Origin: the human T2T-CHM13v2.0 reference genome, Homo sapiens
NCBI RefSeq assembly: GCF_009914755.1
Contig: NC_060930.1
Direction: 5' to 3' (one strand)
Length of the DNA: 64,000 nt
Shown here: piece by piece, positions 20,045-44,834 of the stretch
How positions within the stretch are numbered: position 1 is the stretch's first letter
How the letters are laid out: each line of letters starts with the position of its first letter
Program-made: the position numbers and the translations under genes
Notes under the pieces: generated by a model
The model's input: the letters and a program-made list of their open reading frames with translations, nothing else
Told to the model about the DNA's origin: nothing
Database searches by the model: none

Positions 20045-20877
20045 TAAAAGTTAAGAAAAAAACCACATTACACAAATATGATATAAACTTAAAAGAATGA
20101 CATAAAAAAAAACACACAAGAGCAAAAAAGGACGCAATGAAATATGGAAACTAGTGAATGGAAACAGTGAAATGACAAAATAACTAAATAAACTAGTAGC
20201 AAGATACCTGAAAGGAAAAGTTGACTGCCAATCAAAATACGTTGCTGGGTGACCAAGAAATCAAAGTTAAGAGAGGTAGATATTTTAGGAGTATTTCATC
20301 CAGGTCATAGTAAAACCCAGTCCAGGAATAAAACATTGTATGTATCTATACCAGCCTTGTTTTAAACAAAATCTAAAATAGCTTAAACACAATACAACAG
20401 AATTAAAAATTACAACTAAGGCTGAGCCTGGTGGTGCCTGCCTGTAACCCCACCTACTCTGGAGGCTGAGGCAGGAGGATTGCTTGAGGCCAGGAGTTTG
20501 AGACTGCCCAGCCTGGACAACATAGCCAGATCTCATCTCTAAAAAAGCAATAAAATGAATTAGCCAGGCTGTTGGGGCACATGCCTATAGTCCTAGCTAC
20601 TTCCTCAGAAGGCTGAGGCTGGAGGATCACTTGAGCCCAGGAGTTTGAAGCTGCAGTGAGCTATGAGTGAGACCCCAAAATCTCTAAGAAAAAGAAAGAA
20701 AAATACGAAGGCAAGTAAAGAGTTAGAAAAATCAGATAAAACCAGTAAGATTAGTATAAACATCATGCTGTGCTGGGGGTGGGGGTCGCAGGTTTGGAAC
20801 TGAGCTCTCTAGAAGCCAATTCAAAGAGGGAAACACAATCATCACATGGCTTCCAGTGTCCAAAGTCTCAGAAGTAG

Positions 20878-21201
20878 TGAGACAGCCAGGTGGGAGGGGT
20901 TCCCTGGAGAAATGCCAACCAGCCTGCCCACTGAGGTGGAGCCTCAGGAAGTTTGTGCCCTTTGCAGCGGGGAGCAGCCTGGCCCCTCTTCTTAGTGTGT
21001 GGATCCTGGGATTTGAATGGCGGGTGGGAAGCGCTCTAGTAGGGACTCTGGCCTAGCGACAGTCCCTGTTTCTCCGTTTTCTTCCTTTTCATCCAATAAA
21101 ACCCATCTCATTCACCATTCAGATTGTCTGCGAGCCTGAATTTTCGTGGCTGTGGGACAAAGAACCCGTCTTTAGCTGAACTAAGGAAAAGTCCCGCAAT
21201 A
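20878..21201 (+). mobile_element. Solo ERV1 LTR, MER61-like
   Basis: Starts TGAGACAGCCAGGTGGGAGGGGTTCCC, has an internal AATAAA and ends tagctgaactaaggaaaagtcccgcaata. 4-bp flanks gtag/gtaa. Family name from recalled consensus. Confidence 0.78.
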
Positions 21202-22246
21202 GTAACACAACTAATCCTTTCCCTGAGACCAGGAAGCAGTTTTCTTCTGGTCTCCCTTGACCAGAAGGGGTGTGATAAAGTGAACAACGTCTCAACCACA
21301 CCACTACCATAAATACAAGTTTTCATAGGATTTATTCATTTCTTCGGTGTTCCTGTTACAGCTGGTGGCACCATGTTCCGGCAGAATCAGTCAGATCAGT
21401 GCAGTCCCATGCTGTGTGTCCATGCCACTGGTCTGGCTTAATTCAGGGATGAATTCTAGTGTACATGAAACAGACGGCACACATATTCTTCCATCAAACT
21501 GACAGAAGAAGTCTCTCTCCACCCATCTTTTGATATGTAGAGCATGACTGTGAGTTCAGTGTTATTATACACTTGATGTCACAGCCATTTTGAAGCTGCT
21601 GATTAAAAGTAGGTTATGGCTGGGCGTGGTGGCTCATGCCTGCAATCTCTTAGGGAGGCTGAGGTGGGAGAATCACTTGAGCCCAGGAGATCAGCCTGGG
21701 TAACATACCAGACCCTGTCTCTATTAAAGAAAATTAAGAAAATAAAATTAAAATAGGTTACAACAGAATACTCATGGCCAGAACATACCTGTCTTCATGT
21801 TCCCCTGCAGGGAACAATGACTAAACAGCTCATGATTCTTGTCCCTTGAGCCCCGCTTTTCTAGATTCCATAAAGGCCACCCTCTTCTGCATCCACATTC
21901 TTTCTTCAGTTGGCGCCTAGTACCATGGATTTGATTTTTGCTTCCTTAGGTCTAGTCTTTATCCATGCATACTTCCCCTTGGCTCCCTTTGATTGGATTT
22001 ATTTACTCCCCAATTTCCTTAGCACCATCTACAGTGTCTTTTCCAGTTAGTGCCTCTCATTCACTGTGCACAGACTCCCCACAACTTTCATTCGTAGGTG
22101 ATTAACTTTCATGTAATGTCCTAGGAAACCCTTTACTAGCTGTGTGACTTTAGGCAAATTACTTAACCTCTCTGAGCCATATTTTCATCATTTATAAAGC
22201 TCATAATGCCTACCTTGGAAGGATGTTTGGAATTAAAGTAAGTTAG

Positions 22247-22830
<584 letters not shown>

Positions 22831-22859
22831 AAATAAATTATAATAATAATGGTAACAAC

Positions 22860-23030
22860 AGCAAATTGTTATTGAGTTCTTATCGTGCCAGACACGATGC
22901 TAAGAATTTCGTATACAAATATTTGGTTGAGTCATCTCAACAAGCCTATCACATGGGAACTCTGACTATCCCCACTTTACAGATAAGGAAGATGAGGCTT
23001 AGAGAGCTTAGTGCTGGGCCCATTAGTTAC
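22860..23030 (-). mobile_element. MIR SINE remnant (others at about 22135-22250, 37170-37300, 49190-49340, 51830-51950, 54060-54250)
   Basis: MIR core cccactttacagataaggaagatgaggcttagagag. Confidence 0.7.
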
Positions 23031-23577
23031 AGTAGTTATAATTATTCAATGTCCTTCAATGTCATGAGAAAGTCACCATCAGCCTGGGAGTTCAGTGGGA
23101 GGGTCAGGAAAGACTTGAACAATGAGTTGTTTGCAGATGAATGGGCTTTTGTGTTTGTTTTGTTTTTATTATAAACCCAGTACTATACAGGTCTTTGTAA
23201 AAGTACAAAGTACAAAGTTGAAAAGTCCTGAAAAGCTTCTACCACCAAGGAATAACCGCCGAAATAATATCTCATCAGAACTTTCTCCATGAATACACTT
23301 TTTAAAAATTATCACCAGCAGTTTCATGGAACACGAATACTCTGTTTAAAAAAGAGATAAGCTTTTATGTCTATATTACTTTATTTTTTCTGAGTACTAT
23401 TTTTTCCCCTGATTTTCACCGAAAGGGTTGCTCTCTATGTTGTTGTTTCAGCCCTTCCAGTAGTTTAAAACATGCATCTTTAGTTCTAGTCTAATTCATG
23501 ATTTCCCTTACATCTATTTAAAGTTATAATTTTATTTAACATCAAAGGTTATTCAGTAGCTTTAGTCTTTCCCCTGA

Positions 23578-23916
<339 letters not shown>

Positions 23917-26083
23917 TAACTTCTTTCCTCTTTCCATTCCTCTTACTGTACCCTTCTAGGATTCCCTGGGTTTTGTTAAAAGCTTCTGGAACTGGAATGT
24001 AGCAAATGAATGTTCCATTTAACAGGCAGAGAAAGAGGAGGTGGGCAAATCACAGAACCAAAGTGCAGAGTGGTGAAGAGCTCCAGTTGCATGCAGGGTG
24101 GGGTGGCTGCCAGGGCCCTGGTGCCTTCAGTCATTAGTTCTGCAAATGTTCATGAGTTCCACCAGTGGTGTCTGCCCAGCAGAGAGCAGGAGCAGGGGTG
24201 AGGGTGAGGACAAGAGACAGACAGAGCCTGGAGGGGCAGTCAGCTGCACAGGAACGACCTTCTGTGCAAGCTGCAGGCTCTGCACCCAGCCAGTACCTGA
24301 GCAGGGTAGAGGTCTGATGAACTGACTTATAGGATGGGCTGGAGGACGCAGAGCCTGTGGGTATGAGGCCAGTTAGGAGAGTGCTGTCACCACCCAGGCA
24401 GGAGGCCATGAACATCCCCATATGAGAAAGAAGGGCATAAACAGGAAACAAATTTAACAATTAAATAAAAGCACCTCCCTCATGCAGGAAACTCGCCCTG
24501 TGCCAGGCCCTGCAGAACCATCTGCAGAGTCATTTCCTCTCTTGGCAACTTGGCAGCCCCTAGCAAACACAATGCATCTTGGCTTGCCATCAGTGCAACC
24601 CTTGTTCTTCAGATACAGGTAAAACGCCAAATCCCTAAGAAGGCCTAGAAGGCTCTGCAGTGTCAGCACCAGCACCCCCACCCCTTGGCCCCTCTCTGTG
24701 GTCACTTTCTTGGGTCCTGCAGATGCTCCAGGCTCCACTCAAATTCTATTGGATTAAGGCTCACCCTAATGACCTCATTTTAACTTGATGACCTCTATAA
24801 AGACCCTATTTCCTAATCAGATCACATTCTGAGGTACCAGGGATTAAGATTTCAGCGTATCTTTTGGGGGTGGGGGACACATGGTCACATCCTGAATGAC
24901 TATAGCTCAAACAGGTCTTTGTTAGGTGAAAATAACAGGTGGAAAAATCACTGAGCACTTCACCTTATCTCAAACTTATGACTTCAAAATCTCTACAGTG
25001 GACTGGTTTCCCAGCTGACCTCACCTTACGTGGAGTGTTGCCCAATTCACACTCTCCAGCCTTCCCCACACTGACTTTAACTTCCACATATTCCTTCACT
25101 TCATTCCTGCATAAACCTGGGTATGGTCCCTTCATTGTCTCTCAGTGATGTGGAAAGTTTTCATGATGAGTCTACCCTGCTCTCTCTAATGCAAGTAGGA
25201 TACAACAAACAGCATGTTAAGTTAGCAAATTTGACATTAACGTCTATCTTAAAAAGTGGCCAACTATGGGCCAGGCACAGTGGATCACACTTGTAATCCC
25301 AGCATTTTGGGAGGCTGAGATGGGCAGATGGCTTCAGCCCAGGAGTTTGAGACCAGCCTGGGCAACATGGCGAAACCCTGTCTCTATTAAAAAAAAAAAA
25401 AAAAAAAATTAGCCAGGCATGGTGGTGCACTTGTAGTCCTAGCTACTTGGGAGGCTGAGGTGGGAGGATTGCTTGAGCCTGGGAGGTTGAGGTTGCACTA
25501 AGCCAAGATGGCACCACTGCACTCCAGCCTGGCAACACAGCAAGACTCTGTCTCAAACAAACAAACAAACAAACAAAAAAGTGGCCAACAGAGGAGGTAG
25601 TAGTTTTGTCACTAGCTGTCATGTGGAACCCCAGGACCTAGCCTTTGGTTTCAAATACTGTTTTTCATTTATAGAAACTAGGACCCCTTAGAATGCAAGG
25701 CTTAGGTGACAACTGATTCCATGTCTCAGAGAAGGAAAGAATCAGGACAGGACTTGAATGTTCTGTTGTTGCCATAGAGCAAGGATGACTTCAAGAATGT
25801 GAAGGACAGGCTGGGCACGTGGCTCATGCCTGTAATCCCAGCACTTTGGGAGGCCAAGACGGACAGATCACTTGAGCAGAGGGGTTCAAGACCAGCCTGG
25901 GCAACGTGGCGAAACCCCATCTCTACAAAAAATACAAAAAGTAGCTGGGCATGGTGATGCATGCCTGTAGTCCCAGCTATGTGGGAGGCTGAAATGGGAG
26001 GATCATCTGATGCTGGGAAGGTCAAGACTGCAGTGAGCTGTGACTGTGCCACTCCAACCTGGGCAACAGTGAGACCCTGTCGC

Positions 26084-26168
26084 AAAAAAGAAAGAAAAGA
26101 AAGAAAGAGAGAGAGAGAGAAGGAAGGAAGGAAAGAAGGAAGGAAGGAGGGAAGGAAGGAAGGAAAGT
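26084..26168. repeat. Purine-only (GAAA)/(GA)/(GGAA)n tract derived from an Alu tail
   Basis: About 85 nt of A/G only. Confidence 0.9.
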
Positions 26169-26535
26169 AAGTCAAGGACAGTGCTTAAAAAGACAAAGGA
26201 GCCAATTTCAAAGAGCTCCCATTGTTCAAGTTGACAGTCGGGCATGAAAGAAAGAAGATGGGGGGAGGAATGATAATTATGGTTAATTGAAGTAAATTGA
26301 ATCTGTGGCAGGCCATGAAATCACGATAATAACAGATAAAAATTCACATAAAGGGCACAAAAGATGACTGTAATAGAGAAGAATTGAGTTTTAAAATTTT
26401 ATTTTAATAAAAAGGGAACTATTCATTTTGTCTCTTCTATTAATTATGTGTCTGTTTATAAAGCAAAGATAGGTGCTTGCTTTTGTCTGTGTAAGCAGAA
26501 AACCCACAGAGAATGCTGAGAAAGCCAAGTAGCCC

Positions 26536-27558
<1,023 letters not shown>

Positions 27559-27834
27559 GCCCTGCTGTAAGTATGAATGTTAGCAGAAATAAGAACGTCT
27601 GACATGAGATGATGTCAGAGGCAATAATGAAAGAGAAGGGAGTTTCAATAGTAGGTACCAAGACAATAAATTAACCAAAAATATCACTAAAAAGAAGAGC
27701 TAACCAAGTCAACCCAATTCTTCATCTTCTAGAATATTGAATATTTAAATTGCCCTACTAGTTATAATAAAATACAAATAAGATATGCATAAGATTTAAT
27801 ACTGCTAACAGATCAAGTCAGTATATCATAATGA

Positions 27835-28234
<400 letters not shown>

Positions 28235-28269
28235 TAAAATTTATGTAAAAGATGTGTACCTAACTAAAA

Positions 28270-29020
28270 GCAGTTATATTCCTCAGTGAGATATAATTTC
28301 ACACCCACTAGGCTGGCTATAGTAAAAAGAGAGATAATAAGTGTTGGCAAGGGTGTGGAAAAATTGGCACTCTCATGCACAGCTGTTGGACAGTGAAATG
28401 GTACAGCACTTTGGAAAATAGTCTGACCATTCCTCCAAAGGTTGAACATGGAGTTACTGTATGACTCAGCAATCCTACTTCTAGGTTTATAGCCCAGAAA
28501 AATGAAAATCTATGTCTACACAAGAACTTGTTCACAAATGTTCATAGCAGCATTATTCATAATAGCCAAACAACAACGACAACAACAACAACAATAAAAA
28601 ATGGAAATGGCCTAAATGTCCCTCAACGGATGAATGGAAAATAAAATGTGATATATACAGCCATACGCTAGAATAAAAATGAATTTGAAAATAAAAAGAA
28701 ATAAAGTACTGATATGTGCTACAACATGGATGAACCTTGAACACATTGTGCTAAATGAAAGAAGCCAGTCAAAACGACACCATGTTGTATTATTCCATTT
28801 ATATGAAATGTACAGAATAGGTAAGTCCTTAGAGACAAAAAGTAGATGAGTGGCTGCTTAGGGCTGGGGTGGAGTAGGGGAGGGTTAGGAGATTGGGAGT
28901 GACTGCTCATGGGTTTGGGCTTTCTTTTGGGGTTGATGAAAATGTTCTGAAATTGATTATGGTGTTGGTTTTGTAACTCCATGAGTATACTAAAAACTAC
29001 TCCCTGGTTTTGTACATTTA
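28270..29020 (+). mobile_element. L1MB/L1ME 3' portion
   Basis: cacacccactaggctggctat...cagcaatcctacttctagg...ttcatagcagcattattcataatagcc...ctacaacatggatgaaccttga. Confidence 0.8.
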
Positions 29021-29042
29021 TTTATTTTTATTTCATTTTATT

Positions 29043-29073
<31 letters not shown>

Positions 29074-29379
29074 TGAGACAGAGTTTCTCTCTTGTCGCCC
29101 AGGCTGGAGTGCAATGGCACAATCTTGGCTCACCGCAACCTTCCGCCTCCTGGCTTCAAGCGATTCTCCTGCCTCAGCCTCCCAAGTAGCTGGGACTATA
29201 GGCATGCACCACCACGCCCGGCTAATTTTGTATTTTTAGTAGAGATGGGGTTTCTGCATGTTGGTCAGACTGGTCTTGAACTCCCAACCTCAGGTGATCC
29301 GCCTGCCTCAGCCTCCCAAAGTGCTGGGATTACAGGAGTGAGCCACCACGCCCGGCCTCATTTTATTATTTTATTAATG

Positions 29380-34283
<4,904 letters not shown>

Positions 34284-34412
34284 AGGCTGGGCACAGTGGC
34301 TCATGCCTGTAATCCCAGCACTTTAGGAGGCTGAGGTGGGAGGATCATTTGAGGCCAGGAGTTCAAGATCAGTCTGAGCAACATAGTGGGACCCCATCTC
34401 TATAAAAATTTA

Positions 34413-35195
<783 letters not shown>

Positions 35196-35314
35196 TGATC
35201 CACCCGCCTCGGCCTCCTAAAGTGCTGGGATTACAGGTATGAGCCACTGTGCCCAGCTAAATGAAAGATTTTAATTAAATGCTTAAATGAGTTTAAGTCT
35301 AAAATCAATATTTA

Positions 35315-35652
<338 letters not shown>

Positions 35653-36194
35653 TTAATCAGTTTGGATTATTAAATCCATAAATGTCTATGTATTAGTTGT
35701 GTACATAGTGTATAAATAGAAGAATATTATTTAATGCTTAAATGCTATTTGTTTAATAAATTCATAAGAGAAACAAAATTACATTAAGTAGAAATACCTT
35801 AATGACATTTAGACACTGAGAGGGTGTCCCAGGAAAAGAGAGGGGCACCTGAACTTGAAGGCTGGTGACAGATGTTTAAGGGGCCACTAACATACCAGAT
35901 AGATTTTATCTTCCTAGACTCATCATCTTTGCACCTATTAATCATGAACAGAGTTAGTTCTCCTGAATTCATCATATGACAATGTCACAGTGGACAGAGA
36001 GACTCAAGAGAAGTGAGTTTTGACTGGGTGAGTCAAGAGGGATTATGGTCCTGAGTAGCCAGGGAGTGATTTAAGTACGGGATTCAGAGAAAGGAGGGAC
36101 AGAGGAAGAGGTGCTAAAGAAACAACCCTCTGGCCGGGCGGGGTGGCTCACGCGTGTAATCCCAGCACTTTGGGAGGCTGAGGCGGGCGGATCA

Positions 36195-36467
<273 letters not shown>

Positions 36468-36584
36468 TCAGTCACAACTGCCATCCTGAGGCCAAGAAGA
36501 ACTAAATGGTCTCAAAATTATTTCACAACTTGTTGCTACCACCTTTCCACAGTGGGGCTTGTCTAGCCAGAGAATCAAACATTA

Positions 36585-36818
<234 letters not shown>

Positions 36819-37579
36819 CTATTATTATTATCACCCAACAGTGTGTGTGTAAGTGAAAAATGTCTTTTTTACTGACAAATGGCTAAGTGAATGCTGTTTG
36901 TTTGAGGGATGAAATATTTAAATGAGAAGCCAACTCAACTCTTCCTCTTGATCTTAGAGTCATTCTCTCAAGTGTAACTCCCAGTGCAAAGCATCACATC
37001 AACTTATCAATCGACTGTGATGTCAACTACAGCCTCTGCACCAGACCAGCCCTCCTCTGTGGGACGAAGAACTATCCTGTGGTCCTGCCAGGACTGCCTC
37101 ACTGGGACAACGCACTGCATTAGGATCTATCCCTTACGATGGCTCAGGGTTTTCCAGTCTCTAAGGCACCTTATCATTATCTTACCTAAACTTCCTAATA
37201 ATCCTGTGAGGGAGGCTGGACATCTGCTTTCATCCCATGTTACAGATGAGAAAACGAAGGTCCACAGAGGTCAATGACTTGCCTAAGGTGACCTGGCACA
37301 GAAAGTTGTGTGGCAGAAGGGGAACTTCTGTTTCCTAACTTCTGGATAAGCGCCCTCCTAGGATAGGAGAAATGAATGACTCTTGCTACTCCAGCCACCA
37401 CTTCCACTAATTAACCACTAATAAAAATGTAAAAATCAGTATGCCAGCAGTAGTCCCTGTTGCAAACATTAGGACCTTTCTCATATCACAGATTACTGAA
37501 GACATTCCCTCTCTTTTTGTTGTAGTTGTTGTTGTTTGGTTTTTGGGTGTTGTTTTTGTTGTTGTTGTTGTTTTTCTGA

Positions 37580-37752
<173 letters not shown>

Positions 37753-37755
37753 TAG

Positions 37756-38364
<609 letters not shown>

Positions 38365-38918
38365 TAATTTTTTAATTACTATTTGTAGAGATGAGGTCTC
38401 CCTATGTTGCCCAGGCTGGTCTAGAATTCCTGGGCTCAAGTAATCCTCCTGCCTCAGCTCCCAAAGTGCTGAAATTACAGACATGAGCCACCATGCCCAG
38501 TTCCACCATTTTTTAAGCAACAACTAACGTTAATCCAAAGACCACCCTGAGGGGACTGGCCACATCCCCCTGGGACCCTCCACTGTTAAAGTCCATCTTC
38601 CCTGAGCCATCAGCACCAAGCATCAGATGAACTTCACTGCCCTGGCTCAGTGTTGCCTGTGTGTGAGCCTCAGCTCCCCATCCTCTCTGGGCCTCAGTGT
38701 CTTCCCTGTGCAGTATGCCCCGCAGTGCCCACCCAATGGGGTTGTTGTGAGGATTTGCTGGAAGGGTGTGTGTGCAAGCCCCTTGTCCAAGACCTGGCCT
38801 ATATGTAAATATAATAAAAGTTCGTTGTTATTTCTGTTAATTGCATATTGTACTTGAATACTCCCTGGACAGATAATGAGAAAAATGAGGTTTGAGTCAC
38901 CACCCCTGTCACTTGTAA

Positions 38919-39202
<284 letters not shown>

Positions 39203-40877
39203 TGATCCGCCTGCCTCGTTCTCCCAAAGTGCTGGGATTACAGGTGTGAGCCACCGTGCCTGGCCGCAAAAATCTTATAATGCCTTCCTCACAGAGAATA
39301 ATGAAGGTTAAATGATGAAACGCACAGAGCATTTTAATGCTGAGAAGGGCTTCATGAGGTTGTTGAAAAATGTCAGTGAGGCTCTGGGAGGGCTACAGCC
39401 GGAGTGTAGATTAGACTCTGGGTGTAGCCGCATGGCTCAGGAATTGAGTGGAAGAAGAGAGATGATGAGAGAGGGGGAGGGACAGAGAGAGAGGATCAGC
39501 CATTCCTTCGTGCCTGCTGAGTGCCTGCCCTGGTCCAGACCCTGTTCTTTGTGCTGGGGGTGCAGCAGTGAACTAAAGAGACAAAGCCCCTGTCCTCGTG
39601 GTGCTTATGCTCTAGTGAGTCTGTGGAACAGAGCAGGGGACTGTTGACACCAAATTTAAATGTGCGAATAGGAATGACTATGCAGAAGAGGCCACCAGGA
39701 AGAGGGACAGAGAGAAATGAGACTCCAGGCTTGATAGAATGACCTTGGGCTGGTGGAAGAGGCAGGTGCTGAAAACAGGCATGGAACCCCTTGCCCTAGG
39801 GCAGGGAGAAACCAAGAGAGTCCAAGCTGGGAAAAGAATCAGGTGAGGAGGTTGAGGTGTTGACGAAGGGAGTGTGCTTGGTGATGGGAAAGGTGGGCTC
39901 TGAGGAAGGTGTTCCAGGAAGGACTTCTCAGTGTAGGATGGAGCCTTATGGCAGACGCTGGGACCGGGCATCTTCTCCAGAAATGCCCATCTGCCACTCA
40001 GGCAGGCAGGCAGGCAGCTCCCTACCCCTTGAGTTCTGGTGTTTTTCCTACTCCTTTCTCCCCTCCCACAAGCTGCCCAACTCCCAGGGACCTGACTGGA
40101 TGGAGAGTACATACACCTGGACCACTGCAGGCATGGCACAGGGAAGAGAGAATCCAGACCCAAATCACCTCCAACCCACACCTGCTGATTCTTCCGTGCT
40201 TTTGTAGCCTGACCCTTCGCTGCCGTCACTCCAACTCCTGTGTGAGGATGTTGAGCTCCTGGGAAAACCGAAGGGAGGGCAGGAGAGACAATACTGTGAC
40301 CAAAGGCTGAGACTGTGTCATCACTTGGGAATGAAAGCATCAAATGCCACCCCAGGTGGGATTGTTGGCTTCAAGGTTTTTTTCTCCCTTTCCTTTCTCC
40401 CTTTTCTCTTTTCCTTTATCGAGGTCTGCTATTTACTCAGCAACTCTTCAAAGTCTGTGGTTCTGTGGGACACAATGTGCTAAATGATGCCTGTAAGGGA
40501 GGAGGTCGATGTACCTCCACTTCCAAGAAGCTTGACTTTCCGGGGAAGAAAAGACAAGTGAAGCGTAGACATTGCGACTTTTGGCTTCCTGTTTCTGTGA
40601 GTTGCAAGGAATCCTGTCCACCTGGCCCTGGAGCCGCCTTCTGGGACCTCATCCTTGCCCCCTGCTGCAGGTGCCATCTCAATTAGTCCTGCTGTCCCTC
40701 CTCCCCCTTTCAGATTCCAGCACAATTCTGGAACAGCTCTCCCACCTGGCCGGGATGAGACTGAGGCTCCACCCTCAAGCACTTGGGCACTGATCCTTTG
40801 TGAAGGATGGGGATAGCAAGACAGCGTCTGCAGGGGCCCCTAGAGGGCCGTGGGGATGGCTAGAAAACAGGAATGAA

Positions 40878-40925
40878 CAGACTCACTTCAGCTTATGCCC
40901 AGACTCACTTCAGCTTATGCCCAGA
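40878..40925. repeat. Perfect 22-bp tandem duplication
   Basis: cagactcacttcagcttatgcc twice (40878-40899, 40900-40921) followed by caga. Confidence 0.95.
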
Positions 40926-40963
40926 AACAAAGAAACCAAGGAGAAGCAAATTCCATAAGTGCT

Positions 40964-40974
40964 TTTATTTTATT
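40964..40974 (-). terminator. C6orf15 polyadenylation signal (two overlapping AATAAA)
   Basis: Plus strand tttattttatt = AATAAAATAAA on minus, ~135 nt after the stop codon. A U/GU-rich stretch follows on the minus strand. Confidence 0.85.
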
Positions 40975-41108
40975 GGAGATGAGCAGGGGAGGCACTGAAA
41001 AGTGGGGATAGTGCTGGAAACATGCTGACAGGGCCTGGATTGAGCCCACACAGCAAGGGGCGGGAGCAGGACTCTAACTCCCAATGTTGGGTTTCCCTCT
41101 ATCGTGCT

Positions 41109-42350
<1,242 letters not shown>

Positions 42351-42834
42351 GACAGCAGAAACAGGCTGGGCTAGTGGTTGTGAAGACAATAAACCTCCAC
42401 ATTCCACCCTCATTCCTAATGTGGTCTGTGGCAACAGGTGTCACTTGAATGAATGTCCCAGAGGAAGCTGGGTGTCTCCCGCCCTGGCTCCTTTCCTTGA
42501 CCTCCCTGCCCCTTCTTGGCCCAGGTGTCCTGGCTCACAGCTCATCCCTGGTTGCCAGCCTCCCCAGCCCTGCTTCTCTATACACAAGGACCTCCACCCT
42601 GGGGTCCCACTCTCTTAATTGCCTCTCTCAGCAACAGAAACACTTGTTTCTTTTTGGGAGCTGGATTGTTTCCTCCCAGCACCCCTTTCTCATGCATCCT
42701 CATATCTCCTTCACCTTGGCCCCAACCTGCAGGAGGTTCTGGGGTGCAGAAGTGGCCCCATCTGAGGAGCTGCTCCTACATGAGACCCTGGATCTAGCTA
42801 GGGAAATGGACCTGGATGCCATCCTTATGAGATA

Positions 42835-43340
42835 CTGACTAATTCCTGCTGCTGCAGTGACAAATTACCATGAACCGAATGGCTTACAACAACATGGATT
42901 TATTACTTTACAGTTTTGGAGATCAGAAGTCTAAAACAGGTCTCAGTGGATTAAAATAAAGGTGTCAGCAGGGCTGTGATTCTTTCTGGGGGCCTCAGGG
43001 GAAAATCCCTTTCCCCGCTTTTTCACCTTCTAGAGGCATCCTGTGTTCTTTGGCTCATGGTCCCCTTCCTCCATCTCCAAAGCCAAAATCAGCCATTTCT
43101 TACACTGTATCACTCAGACTTCCTCTTCTGCCTCCCATGTCCACATTAAGGGACCCGGTGACTACACTGGACCCACCTGAATAATCCATGATAATCTCTG
43201 TGAAGTCAGCCGAATAGCAACCTTAATCCCATCTGGAACCTTAATTTCCCTTTGCCATGTAACCTAATTCCTACGTTCCAGGGATTAGGATGTGGACATC
43301 TTTGATGGTGTTGGGGTTGAAGACATCATTCTGCCTGCTA
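42835..43340. mobile_element. MLT1 (MaLR) LTR upstream of C6orf15
   Basis: gctgcagtgacaaattaccatgaac...ggcttacaacaaca...cagaagtctaaaa...ggattaggatgtggacatctttg...attctgcctgctac is typical MLT1. Confidence 0.8.
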
Positions 43341-44516
43341 CTGGTGGTCAGATGTGCCATAGAGTATAAGAAACCTTGGGAGAAAGTGGCTATTTCCAAG
43401 TAACAGTAGAGGAGAGCCTTTAAATGCTGCTGTCAAATGGCCAGGACTTGATCGTTGTTGAAGCTGGGCGATGAGAATGTAGAGATTCATTAACAGTTTG
43501 TTGGCTTTTAAATATGTTTGCAAATTTTATTATAAAAATGCAATGGCTTTGTTCTCTCCATGGCTTCCGGGAGGCCCCAGGAGTAGGCTTCCCTGGCTGC
43601 CCAAGGTCTAAACATGAGCTGTTGGCTGATTCTACTGCTGTGTCCTCCCCACCTGCCCCTGCTGGCTTAACCACTGGAGGAGTGAAGAGCTCCTCTCCAG
43701 AACTGGCAGTGGATGGAGCCCAGAGGCCTTTTTGGATGACATGCATGAGTTTTACACAAGCTTTTAATTTGGAGCACAGCAGGAGACTCGAGGAAACACC
43801 ACATCAGAGAGCCTTCTCTCCCTGCAATTCCCATTCATGAAGCATCTGAGGACCTCGATTCCTGCCATTGGCTGCAGATCAGGGGCCAGATGCTGGACCA
43901 AGGGTGATTCAATCCCTTTCTGGTCAATGTAATACATTTTTGCTGATTCCAGACTTGGAGTTTCAACAGTTCTAAATTCAGGACCAGACAGCACCACCCT
44001 GATAGGAGGGAATGGGTTAAGTGCTACAGTAGGGGTGAATTCCTTTGCAGCCAAGCAGAGGCTCTGAGAGGTGGCCTGGGGTGGGGGGTGGGGCTCCTAC
44101 AGGGACAAGCACAATCCACTCTGCCCTCCTTGGGATGCGGGAACTTCGTCCGCCTCAGCCTCTCCCTGCCTGTCTCAGGACTTAAGTCGCATGGACCCCA
44201 CCACACACTCCACTTTCTCTCTCTTCTCCAGTGGAAGCGACTCCTCTTTCCCACTGGGGCACTCTGCCTTCTCAGCCCTCACCTGAGAGCCATGTTGCTC
44301 ACACTCTCACTCTGGACCCCAGCAGAGCAGGGAGTGTGAAGATGGAGAGACCACTGGCAGCTCTGTTCTGCCACAGGCTGGGCCTCTTGATCTAGGCCAG
44401 TGAGTCACCCTGCTTGGCTGCACTCCCTGCCCCGCTCCCATCCTCTCAGTCCTTTACTCTCTCCACCCCCAGCTCCAGGAACAACGCCCAACTGGCCTCC
44501 TACTCAGCTGACAGGA

Positions 44517-44619
44517 ATCTGGTTGGAGTTGTTGTGTCCCAGCCTTCCCAAGCTTCCAGGTGTCCCAGAAACCCAGGAAATCGAGACTCATGACTCCCAG
44601 AGAGGATGGCATCTAGAAG
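44517..44619 (+). other. PSORS1C1: PSORS1C1 exon 1 (5' UTR); start approximate
   Basis: Strong donor AAG|GTGAGG at 44619/44620. Sequence recalled as the PSORS1C1 leader. The TSS cannot be fixed from sequence alone. Confidence 0.7.
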
Positions 44620-44834
44620 GTGAGGAATGCTAATGGTGGAAGAAAAGGAGTTTGGGTGGGGAGGGGAGGGGAGGGGAGGGAGAGAAAACACTGAGGGCCC
44701 TAAATAAGGGGAAGGGGGACCCCACGGTGAATGAGGAATGGGAAGAGAATGGATTTCCTGGAGCAATGAGAGAGGAGGGAAATGGCGGAAGGATCTGGGA
44801 GGCCAGGCAATCTCTGCTTTCAGTTCAACAAATA

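Noticed and set aside
37345-37362. Possible CTCF motif gcgccctcctagg
   Set aside because: The spacing does not fit the core consensus; too weak to report.
39678-40343. 221-aa minus-strand ORF downstream of C6orf15
   Set aside because: No recognisable domain, GC-rich context, lies beyond the poly(A) site, and composition looks like random translation.
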